From contig JAFQRY010000017.1 in the NCBI GenBank assembly GCA_017409845.1, positions 95,858 to 127,857 of the forward strand: a stretch of 32,000 nucleotides of DNA. Reading direction: 5' to 3'. The position numbers and the translations under genes were made by a program. This DNA comes from Clostridia bacterium (GTDB lineage Bacteria > Bacillota > Clostridia > Oscillospirales > Acutalibacteraceae). Shown in pieces: positions 9,473-17,007 of the stretch (position 1 is the stretch's first letter; the number at the start of each line of letters is the position of its first letter). The notes below the pieces were generated by a model. That model did not search any database, was not told where the DNA came from, and was given only the letters and a program-made list of their open reading frames with translations.

Positions 9473-10402
9473 ATGTATTTTAAACTTATGCAGAAGGTTG
9501 TTGCTTTTTTTGCTTCGCTCATCGCAATTTTCGCACCCGTTGAGCCTTCAGAAGGCATCGACCCCACTCTTCCTCTCAAAAATGTTAACCCCAATCCCGT
9601 TGCTGAAGCAGCGATGTCGCAGGATTTAACAATTATGTCATACAATGTCAAAATCACCGGTGACGGTCTGCGTTCAAACGAAAAAAGACTTCCTCTTATA
9701 GTTGATACCTTTCTTGCCGAAGCACCCGATTCATTCGGTCTTCAGGAGGCAGACAAAGCATGGGTTGAGGGAATTGCCGCAGGTCTGAGCGATTATGCAT
9801 ACATTGCAAAATACAGAGATGACGGCATTTCCGAAGGTGAATCCTCCGCAATTTTTTATCTTAAAGATAAATATGAGCTTGTGAATTCCGGATTCTTCTG
9901 GCTTTCCGAAACTCCTGATGTGCCTTCAATGGGCTGGGATGCCGCATGCAACAGAATCACCTCATATGCAATCCTCAAAGACAAATCCACAGGCTTTACA
10001 TATGCTCATTTCAACACTCACCTTGATCATGTAGGCGGTGTTGCTCAGGCTGAATCTATTGCACTTATCTCTGCTTATATTGCGGAAATTGCACCTGATA
10101 TCCCCGTTGTTCTCACGGGTGATTTCAACTTTGCCGAAGGCACATACAATTATGATACCGTTCTCAAAGCCGGACTTAAAGACTCAAAATACATGGCAGC
10201 GGAATATGATGACCATGCAACCTATCACGGCTATCATGTTATCATGCCCGACAACAAGCCCATCGACTATATTTTTGTCAACGGCTACTGCTCCTCGGTT
10301 AAATCCTATTCAATAAATTCCGACTTCACTCACCATATTCTTGCATCCGACCATTTCCCCGTTACGGTTGAAATGACACTCTTTAACGGAGGTGCAAAAT
10401 AA
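9473..10402 (+). CDS. EEP family protein, paralog 2, N-terminal signal peptide
   Basis: 309 aa, aligning with paralog 1 along its whole length (roughly half the residues identical by eye, e.g. PDSFGLQEAD, KDKYEL.NSG.FWLS.TP, ILKDK.TGFTYAHFN.H.DH). Signal-like VVAFFASLIAIFAP. SDHFPV at the C-terminus. Confidence 0.8.
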   Translation: MYFKLMQKVVAFFASLIAIFAPVEPSEGIDPTLPLKNVNPNPVAEAAMSQDLTIMSYNVKITGDGLRSNEKRLPLIVDTFLAEAPDSFGLQEADKAWVEGIAAGLSDYAYIAKYRDDGISEGESSAIFYLKDKYELVNSGFFWLSETPDVPSMGWDAACNRITSYAILKDKSTGFTYAHFNTHLDHVGGVAQAESIALISAYIAEIAPDIPVVLTGDFNFAEGTYNYDTVLKAGLKDSKYMAAEYDDHATYHGYHVIMPDNKPIDYIFVNGYCSSVKSYSINSDFTHHILASDHFPVTVEMTLFNGGAK

Positions 10403-11158
10403 ATGTACCGTATTCTTTCCTTCAACTTACTCTGTGCAGGTAAAGAACAGAGAACATGGCAAAAAAGAGCACCAAAGGTTATCAGCATAATCAGAGAAGC
10501 AAATCCGGATTCATTCGGTGTTCAGGAAGCCCATTGGGAATGGATGGAAACACTTTCTCAGAATCTTCCCGAATACAGCTATGTAGGCGTAGGCAGGGAA
10601 GACGGCAAAAAGGATGGCGAATTTTCCGCTGTTTTCTATAAAAAAGATAAATTCACGGCGAGCGAAAGCGGAAATTTCTGGATTTCTGAAACACCCGAAA
10701 AACCGTCAAAGGGCTGGGATTCAGCATGCACAAGAATTGCAACCTTCGTCAAGCTCACCGACAAGGAAAACGGCAAGGAATACATTCATTTCAACACTCA
10801 TCTTGACCATGTGGGAAGAATTGCACAAATCAACGGTGCAAGGATGATTCAGGAAAAAGCGGCCTCCTTCGGCGGTCTGCCTGTTGTCTGCACGGGTGAT
10901 TTCAATGTTTTTCAGGATTCCGACTGCTACAACACTATGGTCAGCGGCAACATGAAGGACGCAAGAAAGCTCGCACCCGACAGCGATGAATGCTACACCT
11001 TCCACGGCTTCAGACCCGATGAAATCCACGAAAGAATCGACTTCGTTTTCGTTGATGAAGCAACGGTAAAGCCCGTCAGCTTCAAGGTTATCAATAAAAT
11101 GGTTGACGGAGATTTTTACTCTGACCACAATGCAATTTATGCAGATGTAGAAATATAA
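10403..11158 (+). CDS. EEP family protein, paralog 3, no signal peptide (cytoplasmic)
   Basis: 251 aa. Same motif set (SFNL, PDSFGVQEA, FN.HLDHVG, TGDFN, SDHN) but it starts directly with the catalytic domain. The start abuts the paralog 2 stop. GGAGGTG RBS. Confidence 0.8.
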   Translation: MYRILSFNLLCAGKEQRTWQKRAPKVISIIREANPDSFGVQEAHWEWMETLSQNLPEYSYVGVGREDGKKDGEFSAVFYKKDKFTASESGNFWISETPEKPSKGWDSACTRIATFVKLTDKENGKEYIHFNTHLDHVGRIAQINGARMIQEKAASFGGLPVVCTGDFNVFQDSDCYNTMVSGNMKDARKLAPDSDECYTFHGFRPDEIHERIDFVFVDEATVKPVSFKVINKMVDGDFYSDHNAIYADVEI

Positions 11159-11170
11159 GACATAAAGCAT

Positions 11171-11213
11171 CCCCGGAAAAGAGCGGACTCTTTTCCGGGG
11201 GTATACTTTTATT
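11171..11213 (+). terminator. intrinsic terminator of the malQ...EEP operon
   Basis: Perfect 12-bp stem CCCCGGAAAAGA (11171-11182) / TCTTTTCCGGGG (11189-11200) with a 6-nt loop, followed by a T-rich stretch. Confidence 0.7.
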
Positions 11214-11221
11214 GACAAGTT

Positions 11222-11525
11222 AAAAGTTAATAGTGAAGAGTGAACAGTTTCGGAAGGGCTTCGCCCTTACCCGATTTTTATATCGTAGGGAACGGCCTGA
11301 AGTGCCGTCCCGTTTTTAATGCAAGGTGCAAAGTTAAGGATAGGCTCTGCTTATGACCGATTATATAATAAAATGTGCAATTAAGTGTAGGGCGGGATGC
11401 CCACATCCCGCCGATGATCAGGGGCAGTTTTTTCTGCGGGAGTTTAATCATTTTTTGCGGAGCAATTATATTTTCGGAGCGAAGCGACCCTTAACTTTTC
11501 ACTTTTCACTCTTCATTCGTTAATA
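11222..11525. repeat. REP/MITE-like intergenic hairpin cluster bounded by imperfect inverted repeats
   Basis: Inverted repeat TGAAGAGTGAA (11234-11244) / TTCACTCTTCA (11505-11515), with extended imperfect arms that include GGGCTTCGCCC-like motifs. Two internal (C/T)GTAGGG-hairpin units: GGGAACGGC..GCCGTCCC (11288-11311) and GGCGGGATG-CCCA-CATCCCGCC (11391-11412, perfect 9 bp). No ORF. Confidence 0.5.
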
Positions 11526-11539
11526 AAATTATACTTTTA

Positions 11540-13204
11540 TTAACGGACTTCGCCGTCTTTGATTATCTGACCTGTCTTGATATTGAAAACAAGCTCCTTC
11601 TTCACGCCGTTTTCATCAATCTTGATTTCGATAACATCCTTTGTTACATATTCTGCAGAGGTAATCTTTTCGTTGGTCTTCTTGAAATACTTCTTGAGAA
11701 GACTCATCTGAACCTCATCATAATCGCCTGCATTATCCGAAACAAAAAGAACATTGCCGCAAAGATTATTTATTCTTGCGAGAAGCTTTTTCTGCTCCCA
11801 TGTGAATTTGAGATTGTTGTTTCTCAGGAAGAAAACATCGGGGTCATTCATAAATGCCCTGCCGTTAAGATGGCGGCGGAATACGGAGTTATTGATTGCA
11901 CTCTGTGCACTGAGTATCTCATTGCTGACCTGGATGTGATTATAAATCTTACCCTTGTAAGTAAGGTCAACGTCACAACTGATACGGCAGGCATCACAGA
12001 TACCGTATGCCGAGCTCATGGGAATACCGCAGCCGAGAAGAAGCTTATCGCCGACACATTCTCTGAGGAATGCCATTGCTTCGTGCATGATTTCGCCCCT
12101 GCTCTTGCCGTATCTGGGGGTTACGCATTCGCTGTAAAGGAAGTCGAGCTTGACCATATCATAGCCCCATTCGTTGAGAACGGTATCAAAAACCTTTTTG
12201 ATATAAGCTCTTGCTTCTTCGTTATAAAAATCAAGGGTATATGCACCGCCCCATGCGATACATCCGAGCTGAGGCTTTCCGTTTTCATCCCTGATAAGCC
12301 AGTCGGGATGCTCCTTTGCAATTCTTGAAACCTTCTGGCAGCTGAAGGGAGCAATCCAGATACCTGCAAGATATCCTTTATCGTGAATCTTATCGGCAAT
12401 ATATTTCATGCCGTTGGGGAATTTGTCACAATAATCAAGCCAGTCACCTACATAGGGCTCATAGCCGTCGTCAATCTGAAAAATCGAGGTTTCGTCCTTT
12501 GCTCTGTCAAGACCGTCAAGGTCACGAAGAATAATTTTTTCGTCAATCTTCTGGAAATAGTTATACCATGATGTATAACCGCTCATTGCACCCTTTCTTG
12601 TTTCGGGCATATCAAAAAGTCCGAAGTATTTATCAAAAACCTCGTCATATGTACCCTCAAAATAAACAACATCAAATATTTTGAGTGATTCGGTTACCTT
12701 TTTGCCGAGAACATCCTTGCGGATTGAGAAATAATTCTCGTTCATCTTTACCTTGAAATAGGTATAGCCCGTGCTCTCGCAGAGCGAGCCCCAGAGCTTC
12801 ATCTTTTCACCGTTTCTGATATAGGTATAGCAATGGCTGTGAAATTCGCCGGGCTTTTCGCTGTATTTGACTATTCTTTCGTCACTTGTGATGCTTGCAT
12901 AATGTCTGAGATAGGGATGAATGTGAGAAAGCTTGATTGTACCCTTTCTGATTTCATCGGAAGTAAATTCTCTGGTATTTGTCCACGACTGATAGCCGTT
13001 TGCAAAAAACTTGTCGCCCTGCTTGAATTCATAATCAAACTTTACATAAAAATCAACAAGCTCAAAATCCTTTTTGGGATTGAGGGTTACGGTGTATCTT
13101 TCGTCTGTTTCGACTATGTCGAGCGAATAAAAATCATTTTCGGTTGCGTTTGAAGTAATAGTCTTTCCGCCTGCAAGATATCTGACAACATATTTCTTTT
13201 TCAT
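11540..13204 (-). CDS. GH36-family alpha-galactosidase
   Basis: About 554 aa. IFQIDDGYEPYVGDW, IWIAPF and VKLDFLY resemble GH36/melibiase motifs. The ATG at 13204 is preferred because GGAGAG lies 8 nt upstream; the track start at 13213 is a GTG inside that RBS. Confidence 0.75.
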   Translation of the reverse strand: MKKKYVVRYLAGGKTITSNATENDFYSLDIVETDERYTVTLNPKKDFELVDFYVKFDYEFKQGDKFFANGYQSWTNTREFTSDEIRKGTIKLSHIHPYLRHYASITSDERIVKYSEKPGEFHSHCYTYIRNGEKMKLWGSLCESTGYTYFKVKMNENYFSIRKDVLGKKVTESLKIFDVVYFEGTYDEVFDKYFGLFDMPETRKGAMSGYTSWYNYFQKIDEKIILRDLDGLDRAKDETSIFQIDDGYEPYVGDWLDYCDKFPNGMKYIADKIHDKGYLAGIWIAPFSCQKVSRIAKEHPDWLIRDENGKPQLGCIAWGGAYTLDFYNEEARAYIKKVFDTVLNEWGYDMVKLDFLYSECVTPRYGKSRGEIMHEAMAFLRECVGDKLLLGCGIPMSSAYGICDACRISCDVDLTYKGKIYNHIQVSNEILSAQSAINNSVFRRHLNGRAFMNDPDVFFLRNNNLKFTWEQKKLLARINNLCGNVLFVSDNAGDYDEVQMSLLKKYFKKTNEKITSAEYVTKDVIEIKIDENGVKKELVFNIKTGQIIKDGEVR

Positions 13205-13239
13205 GCCGCACACTCTCCATTTTATATTTTGGCATTATC

Positions 13240-13268
13240 ATTATAACAAAGGCTGTTGATTAATTCAA
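13240..13268 (-). promoter_or_regulatory. candidate sigma-A promoter of the GH36 gene
   Basis: Minus strand: TTGAAT (13268-13263), 17-nt spacer, TATAAT (13245-13240). Confidence 0.55.
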
Positions 13269-13370
13269 GACGAAAATGCATGTCAGATGTGTTTTATTTG
13301 CATTTCATCCGAAAAAGCCTTGATTTTGTCAGAAACTGCTTAAAAACATGTAAAAAATCGTATAATTATC

Positions 13371-13399
13371 TTGTAATTTGTCAAACGGTGAATTATAAT
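13371..13399 (+). promoter_or_regulatory. candidate sigma-A promoter of the zinc-ribbon membrane protein pair
   Basis: TTGTAA (13371-13376), 17-nt spacer, TATAAT (13394-13399). GAGAGGAAG RBS before the ATG at 13439. Confidence 0.55.
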
Positions 13400-13438
13400 T
13401 TTACCAAGGTTGAAAATTTTATATGAGAGGAAGATAAT

Positions 13439-14683
13439 ATGTATTGTCCCGAATGCGGCACCCCTAATCCTGAAAGCAGTGAATACTGTGCCAACTGCGG
13501 AGCTGAGCTTGTAGAGCATGTCGGCGGAAGGAACCAAAGCTCTGCTGAAAGCATCGCACAATATGCACAGGCGGTAAAATCGGTCGATTACCGGAAATAT
13601 TTCAAAGGATTTGCAGATTTTATCGTCAGATACAAAAAGATTATTATTCCCGTTTTCTGCATCATTGTTGTTCTCGGCGTTGCAGGAAAAATCGGCAGCA
13701 GCCTTTCATCCCCTGAGAGAGTTGCCGAAAAATATTTCGAATCACTCGTTGACAGCGATTACGAAAAAATGTTTGACTATGTTATGGTCAGCGAGTCGGA
13801 TTTTATTGATGAAGAAAGATTTGTCAGATACATGCAGAATGAAAACCCCCTCGGAGGAAGAACAATTGCCAACTATGAAATGGGCGGAATTTACAAAGAG
13901 GGCGGAATGGTCACAATCTGCAATGTCAGTTATCTGCTTGAAGGCACGGTTTATGAAAGCACCATGCAGATTCCTCTTATGAAGGAAAGCAAGAAAAAGC
14001 TGTTTTTCTTTGACAGCTACAAGGTAGGTCTTGAAAACATTCTCTCAACCAACTTCACCATTACCGCTCCCGAGGGACTCAAGGTTGAGATTGACGGCAT
14101 TGAGGTTCCATGCACATCAACCGAAGAAGGCTATGCTCAATATACCGTTGACCGTTTCTTCAGCGGTGAATATTCAATCAAAATCACCGGAAGTCTCATC
14201 GAGGATTTCGCCGGCAATATTTATATGAGTACAAACGACGGCTACTATGCAAATGACCTCAGGCTTAACCAAAACACCGTCACCTCGCTTCAGAATAATG
14301 CTCAGGAAGCTCTCGGCATAATTTTCAAGGGCGTTACCGAAGGTAAACCGTTTGAAGAACTTCAGGCTCCCGAGTGGTTCACCGCCGAGCTTGCCGATAC
14401 ATATCAGAGCGTTCTCGGAAACTATTACCATGAAGACGGAACAGGTCTTGCAGGTGTAAGCTTTACGGATATCACGGTAAGTGAAATTCCCGGATTCAAC
14501 GCAAGCGGCACGGTTAATCTTTATCTCAGATACAAGAGCACAACCGTTATGAATAACAGAAGCTGGTACAGCGACGAAATCGAAACCGTGACAAATGAAA
14601 AAGAAACAAGATCAACCTTCACCTTCAGCTTTGCAGACGGAAAATGGCAGCTTATTTCTATTGATAATCTTTATATTCATTAA
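13439..14683 (+). CDS. zinc-ribbon / single-TM protein with large extracytoplasmic domain (NTF2-like/DUF4878-like segments)
   Basis: 414 aa. N-terminal MYCPECGTPNP..YCANCGAEL (CxxC...CxxC zinc ribbon), TM IIIPVFCIIVVLGVAG, then AEKYFESLVDSDYEKMFDYV-type and C-terminal FTFSFADGKWQLISID segments. Confidence 0.6.
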   Translation: MYCPECGTPNPESSEYCANCGAELVEHVGGRNQSSAESIAQYAQAVKSVDYRKYFKGFADFIVRYKKIIIPVFCIIVVLGVAGKIGSSLSSPERVAEKYFESLVDSDYEKMFDYVMVSESDFIDEERFVRYMQNENPLGGRTIANYEMGGIYKEGGMVTICNVSYLLEGTVYESTMQIPLMKESKKKLFFFDSYKVGLENILSTNFTITAPEGLKVEIDGIEVPCTSTEEGYAQYTVDRFFSGEYSIKITGSLIEDFAGNIYMSTNDGYYANDLRLNQNTVTSLQNNAQEALGIIFKGVTEGKPFEELQAPEWFTAELADTYQSVLGNYYHEDGTGLAGVSFTDITVSEIPGFNASGTVNLYLRYKSTTVMNNRSWYSDEIETVTNEKETRSTFTFSFADGKWQLISIDNLYIH

Positions 14684-14700
14684 TAAAGGAGTTATATATA

Positions 14701-15903
14701 ATGGCTAATTTTTGCACAAAATGCGGCAACCCCATCAACGAGTGCACCTGCACAGGCACAGCAGTACCGAAAAAACAGAATTTTATGACAATCAGGGATT
14801 TCTTCGGTGTAAGAGAATCCGACAACCATCTCAGCACTGCAGACTGTTTTGAAAGAGACAAGCAGATCGTTCCTGATCTTATCAAGCTTTCCGAGGGCGA
14901 ACAGCCCATAAAGCAGTATGAAATCGGCCGTGTCCGTTCAAGATCAACCCTTTCATGGGGCTATTCGAGAATTCAGATTACAAACAAGCGTCTTATTCAG
15001 AGAACCGTCGGCCGATCGGCAATCGGCAAGGACATAGGATACCGTGAATATGCAATCGACGATATCATCGGTCTCAACTACACAAGAGGCAAGCAATTCT
15101 CCTTCAACGATTTTTGCATCATCGCATTGATTTCGCTTGTTTTCATTGCACTCGGAACTCTTATCGGTCTTCTCGGCATCGTTGTTCCTATCCTCGTTTC
15201 GGTTCTTGCAATCGGCTTCCTCGTATTTATGCTCGGGATTCAGAAGCAGTCAAACAATTTCCTTTGCACTCTTGTTTCGGCCTTCACCCTCGGTTCATGG
15301 GCAGGCACTGTTGCAAAAAATGTCCGTAACTTCAACTTTTCAGAAGAACTTTATACCGTTTGTGCCGCATTTGCCGCTGTATTCCTTATCTGCAGTCTGT
15401 TCTTTGCAATCAGATTTGCTCTTCTTCCGAGCATTTCGCTTGTTATCAGAACAAAATCATTCCAGACTGCCGCCACAGCGGTTATAACAAGAAGAGCCCT
15501 TCCCATCACAATGCCGGAAACCGTTCTTCCCGGTAAGGATACGGAAAAAGCAATCAAAGAAATCGGTGCAATAATCACCGATATTCAGAATCTCGGTGAC
15601 AGTGCTGTTGAAAAGTGGAAATACGCACCCCGAAGACCCCCCCGTCAGGCAGCTCTCACTCCTCAGCACGCTCCCGCTCCCAGACATACTCCCGCTGAAC
15701 AGAGACCCGTTCAGCAGGATATTCCCATGCAGAAGCCCATCCATCAGGCTCCCGCCGCTCAGAAGCCCGCACAGAGACCTGCTGCACCCGTGCAGACTCC
15801 CGTTCAGCAAAGACCCGTTCAGCCTGCAGCTCCTCAGCAACCAAAGGCTGAAAAGAAATACGATTTCGAGCTTGATTTTGATTTCGATATTGATAATTTA
15901 TAA
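14701..15903 (+). CDS. zinc-ribbon / PH-like / multi-TM protein with Pro/Gln-rich C-terminal tail
   Basis: 400 aa. FCTKCGNPINECTC; a bacterial-PH-like segment (YEIGRVRSRSTLSWGYSRIQITNKRLIQR); 3-4 hydrophobic helices; a low-complexity PxxQ(K/R)P tail; and an acidic-aromatic end YDFELDFDFDIDNL. AAGGAG RBS. Confidence 0.6.
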   Translation: MANFCTKCGNPINECTCTGTAVPKKQNFMTIRDFFGVRESDNHLSTADCFERDKQIVPDLIKLSEGEQPIKQYEIGRVRSRSTLSWGYSRIQITNKRLIQRTVGRSAIGKDIGYREYAIDDIIGLNYTRGKQFSFNDFCIIALISLVFIALGTLIGLLGIVVPILVSVLAIGFLVFMLGIQKQSNNFLCTLVSAFTLGSWAGTVAKNVRNFNFSEELYTVCAAFAAVFLICSLFFAIRFALLPSISLVIRTKSFQTAATAVITRRALPITMPETVLPGKDTEKAIKEIGAIITDIQNLGDSAVEKWKYAPRRPPRQAALTPQHAPAPRHTPAEQRPVQQDIPMQKPIHQAPAAQKPAQRPAAPVQTPVQQRPVQPAAPQQPKAEKKYDFELDFDFDIDNL

Positions 15904-15908
15904 TAAAA

Positions 15909-16340
15909 ATGCAGCTCTTCCCGATAACGGAAGGGCTGTTGCTTTTGAAAAGTGGTGATTATACCGTTGTTAAAATGACGATGAATCCGCAGACAGACCC
16001 GATTCACGCAGACCAATATACAGGCACGGCGGGTCATGCAATAACAGTTCTCGGCGATATTTCTCTCGTGCTTTCGGAATTCCCTCAGTATGATGTTGAT
16101 GTTGAAAACGCGGTTATTGATATTCATTATGTCAATCCGACCGTAAAAGGTTAAAATCAACAAAGACGGTTACATTGAAAAAGGTATGTGGAAATATACA
16201 TGTGATTCCGAAATCAGAAATCTTGATATAAGCGGAATAATGATAAAGAAGGCTGACGCAAAAATTGATTACATGATCACGGTCAGCGGAGGCATTTGGA
16301 AATACGGGGAACAAATCGCTCAAACGGTTCGTTCCTTTTT
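15909..16340 (+). pseudogene. possible truncated and frameshifted papain-like (C39-like) peptidase remnant
   Basis: The 81-aa ORF contains GHAITVLG ... IHYVNPTVKG (a His ... N/D-P..G layout like the C-terminal half of C39/papain-fold peptidases) but has no catalytic Cys region. Its ATG lies inside the upstream terminator. The reading continues in the +1 frame from 16153 (KINKDGYIEKGMWKYTCDSE...TVRSFL*) to about 16340. Confidence 0.3.
15912..15946 (+). terminator. intrinsic terminator after the zinc-ribbon pair
   Basis: 10-bp stem CAGCTCTTCC (15912-15921) / GGAAGGGCTG (15929-15938) with one U-G wobble that pairs only in the plus-strand RNA, followed by TTGCTTTT. Confidence 0.6.
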
Positions 16341-16390
16341 ATAATAAAAAAACGCCGAAGCCGTAACAGCTTCAACGAACAAATACAATA

Positions 16391-16448
16391 TAAAAAAAGA
16401 AATAGCCCTTGATGATGTTTCTTTACACAGTCATCAAGGGCTATTTCT
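16391..16448 (-). terminator. strong intrinsic terminator (minus strand)
   Basis: Perfect 18-bp stem (16398-16415 / 16431-16448) with a 15-nt loop. The A-run at 16392-16398 on the plus strand gives a U-tract only in the minus-strand RNA. Confidence 0.65.
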
Positions 16449-16665
16449 CGGAACTCTTGTTATCTAACATCTTTGTTTACCTCTCTTTCTGCTGTATCGT
16501 CCAATCTTAAACTCCGCGATATCTGATTTTCGTTTTATTCAAGATTGTTGGATTAAGACCTTATAATTTCAACTCATCGGTTTAGTTTTTATTTTATTTT
16601 GATTTTGTATTGAAATCTTTCAGGTCTTAAGGTTTTTACCTTCTCATTGGTATCACCCTTTCCTT
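16391..16665 (-). ncRNA. candidate ~275-nt small RNA (promoter to terminator, no ORF >=60 aa in the supplied track)
   Basis: Minus-strand promoter TTGAAA (16700-16695), 17-nt spacer, TATATT (16677-16672). Predicted hairpins include UUAAGACCU/AGGUCUUAA (9 bp) extended by AUUUCAA/UUGAAAU, and UCCAA..AUCUU/AAGAU..UGGA. It ends at the 16391-16448 terminator. Only tiny ORFs are present (e.g. MLDNKSSEK, whose stop lies in the terminator stem). Confidence 0.35.
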
Positions 16666-16700
16666 GACTATAATATAGCATAGAATTTCATGGTTTTCAA
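16647..16700. promoter_or_regulatory. overlapping divergent promoter pair
   Basis: Plus: TTGGTA (16647-16652), 16-nt spacer, TATAAT (16669-16674). Minus: TTGAAA (16700-16695), 17-nt spacer, TATATT (16677-16672). The two -10 boxes overlap. Confidence 0.4.
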
Positions 16701-16854
16701 GATGGGATTTTGTACAAAGTTATGCCGTTTTGATTATATAAAACAGAGATTTTTAGCTATTATGCACACAAATCAGCAATTTCATATTGACTTCGAGAAA
16801 AGCGTATGATATCATTTAAGTGTTGGGGCTGTAAAAACAGCCCCTTTTTGTTTT
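16681..16854 (+). ncRNA. candidate ~170-nt small RNA
   Basis: It would start downstream of the plus promoter above and end at the hairpin GGGGCTG-TAAAAA-CAGCCCC (16825-16844) followed by TTTTTGTTTT. No ORF with an RBS. Confidence 0.3.
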
Positions 16855-16887
16855 ATAAAAATCCGCCGTATTATTCACACGCCCTAA

Positions 16888-16910
16888 AAAACACTCCGCT
16901 GGAGTGTTTT
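16888..16910. terminator. hairpin with A/T flanks (bidirectional terminator-like)
   Basis: AAACACTCC-GCT-GGAGTGTTT, stem 8-10 bp, flanked by an A-run upstream and a T-run downstream. Confidence 0.35.
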
Positions 16911-16944
16911 CTTCACGGGCTTTCGAATCCATTCAAACAAATCA

Positions 16945-16977
16945 AACCTGCACCCGTTAACAGAGTGCAGGTTTTTC
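16945..16977 (-). terminator. terminator downstream of the BlaR1-like gene (bidirectional hairpin)
   Basis: 9-bp stem AACCTGCAC (16945-16953) / GTGCAGGTT (16965-16973). T-rich sequence follows on both strands. It lies 30 nt beyond the stop at 17008. Confidence 0.55.
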
Positions 16978-17007
16978 CTTACCTCTTTTCAGATAATCGC
17001 TTTGTAA

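Noticed and set aside
15457-15958. Three overlapping ORFs (15457-15840 minus, 15596-15958 plus, 15656-15844 minus)
   Set aside because: They are artefacts of the Pro/Gln-rich low-complexity coding region of the 14701-15903 gene. They have no RBS, and their products are compositionally biased.
16787-16815. Near-consensus promoter TTGACT, 17-nt spacer, TATCAT with TG extension
   Set aside because: Its predicted start (about 16822) lies only about 3 nt before the GGGGCTG..CAGCCCC terminator hairpin, so it would make a ~30-nt product. It may be a chance match in AT-rich DNA or a relic. I did not call it as a feature.
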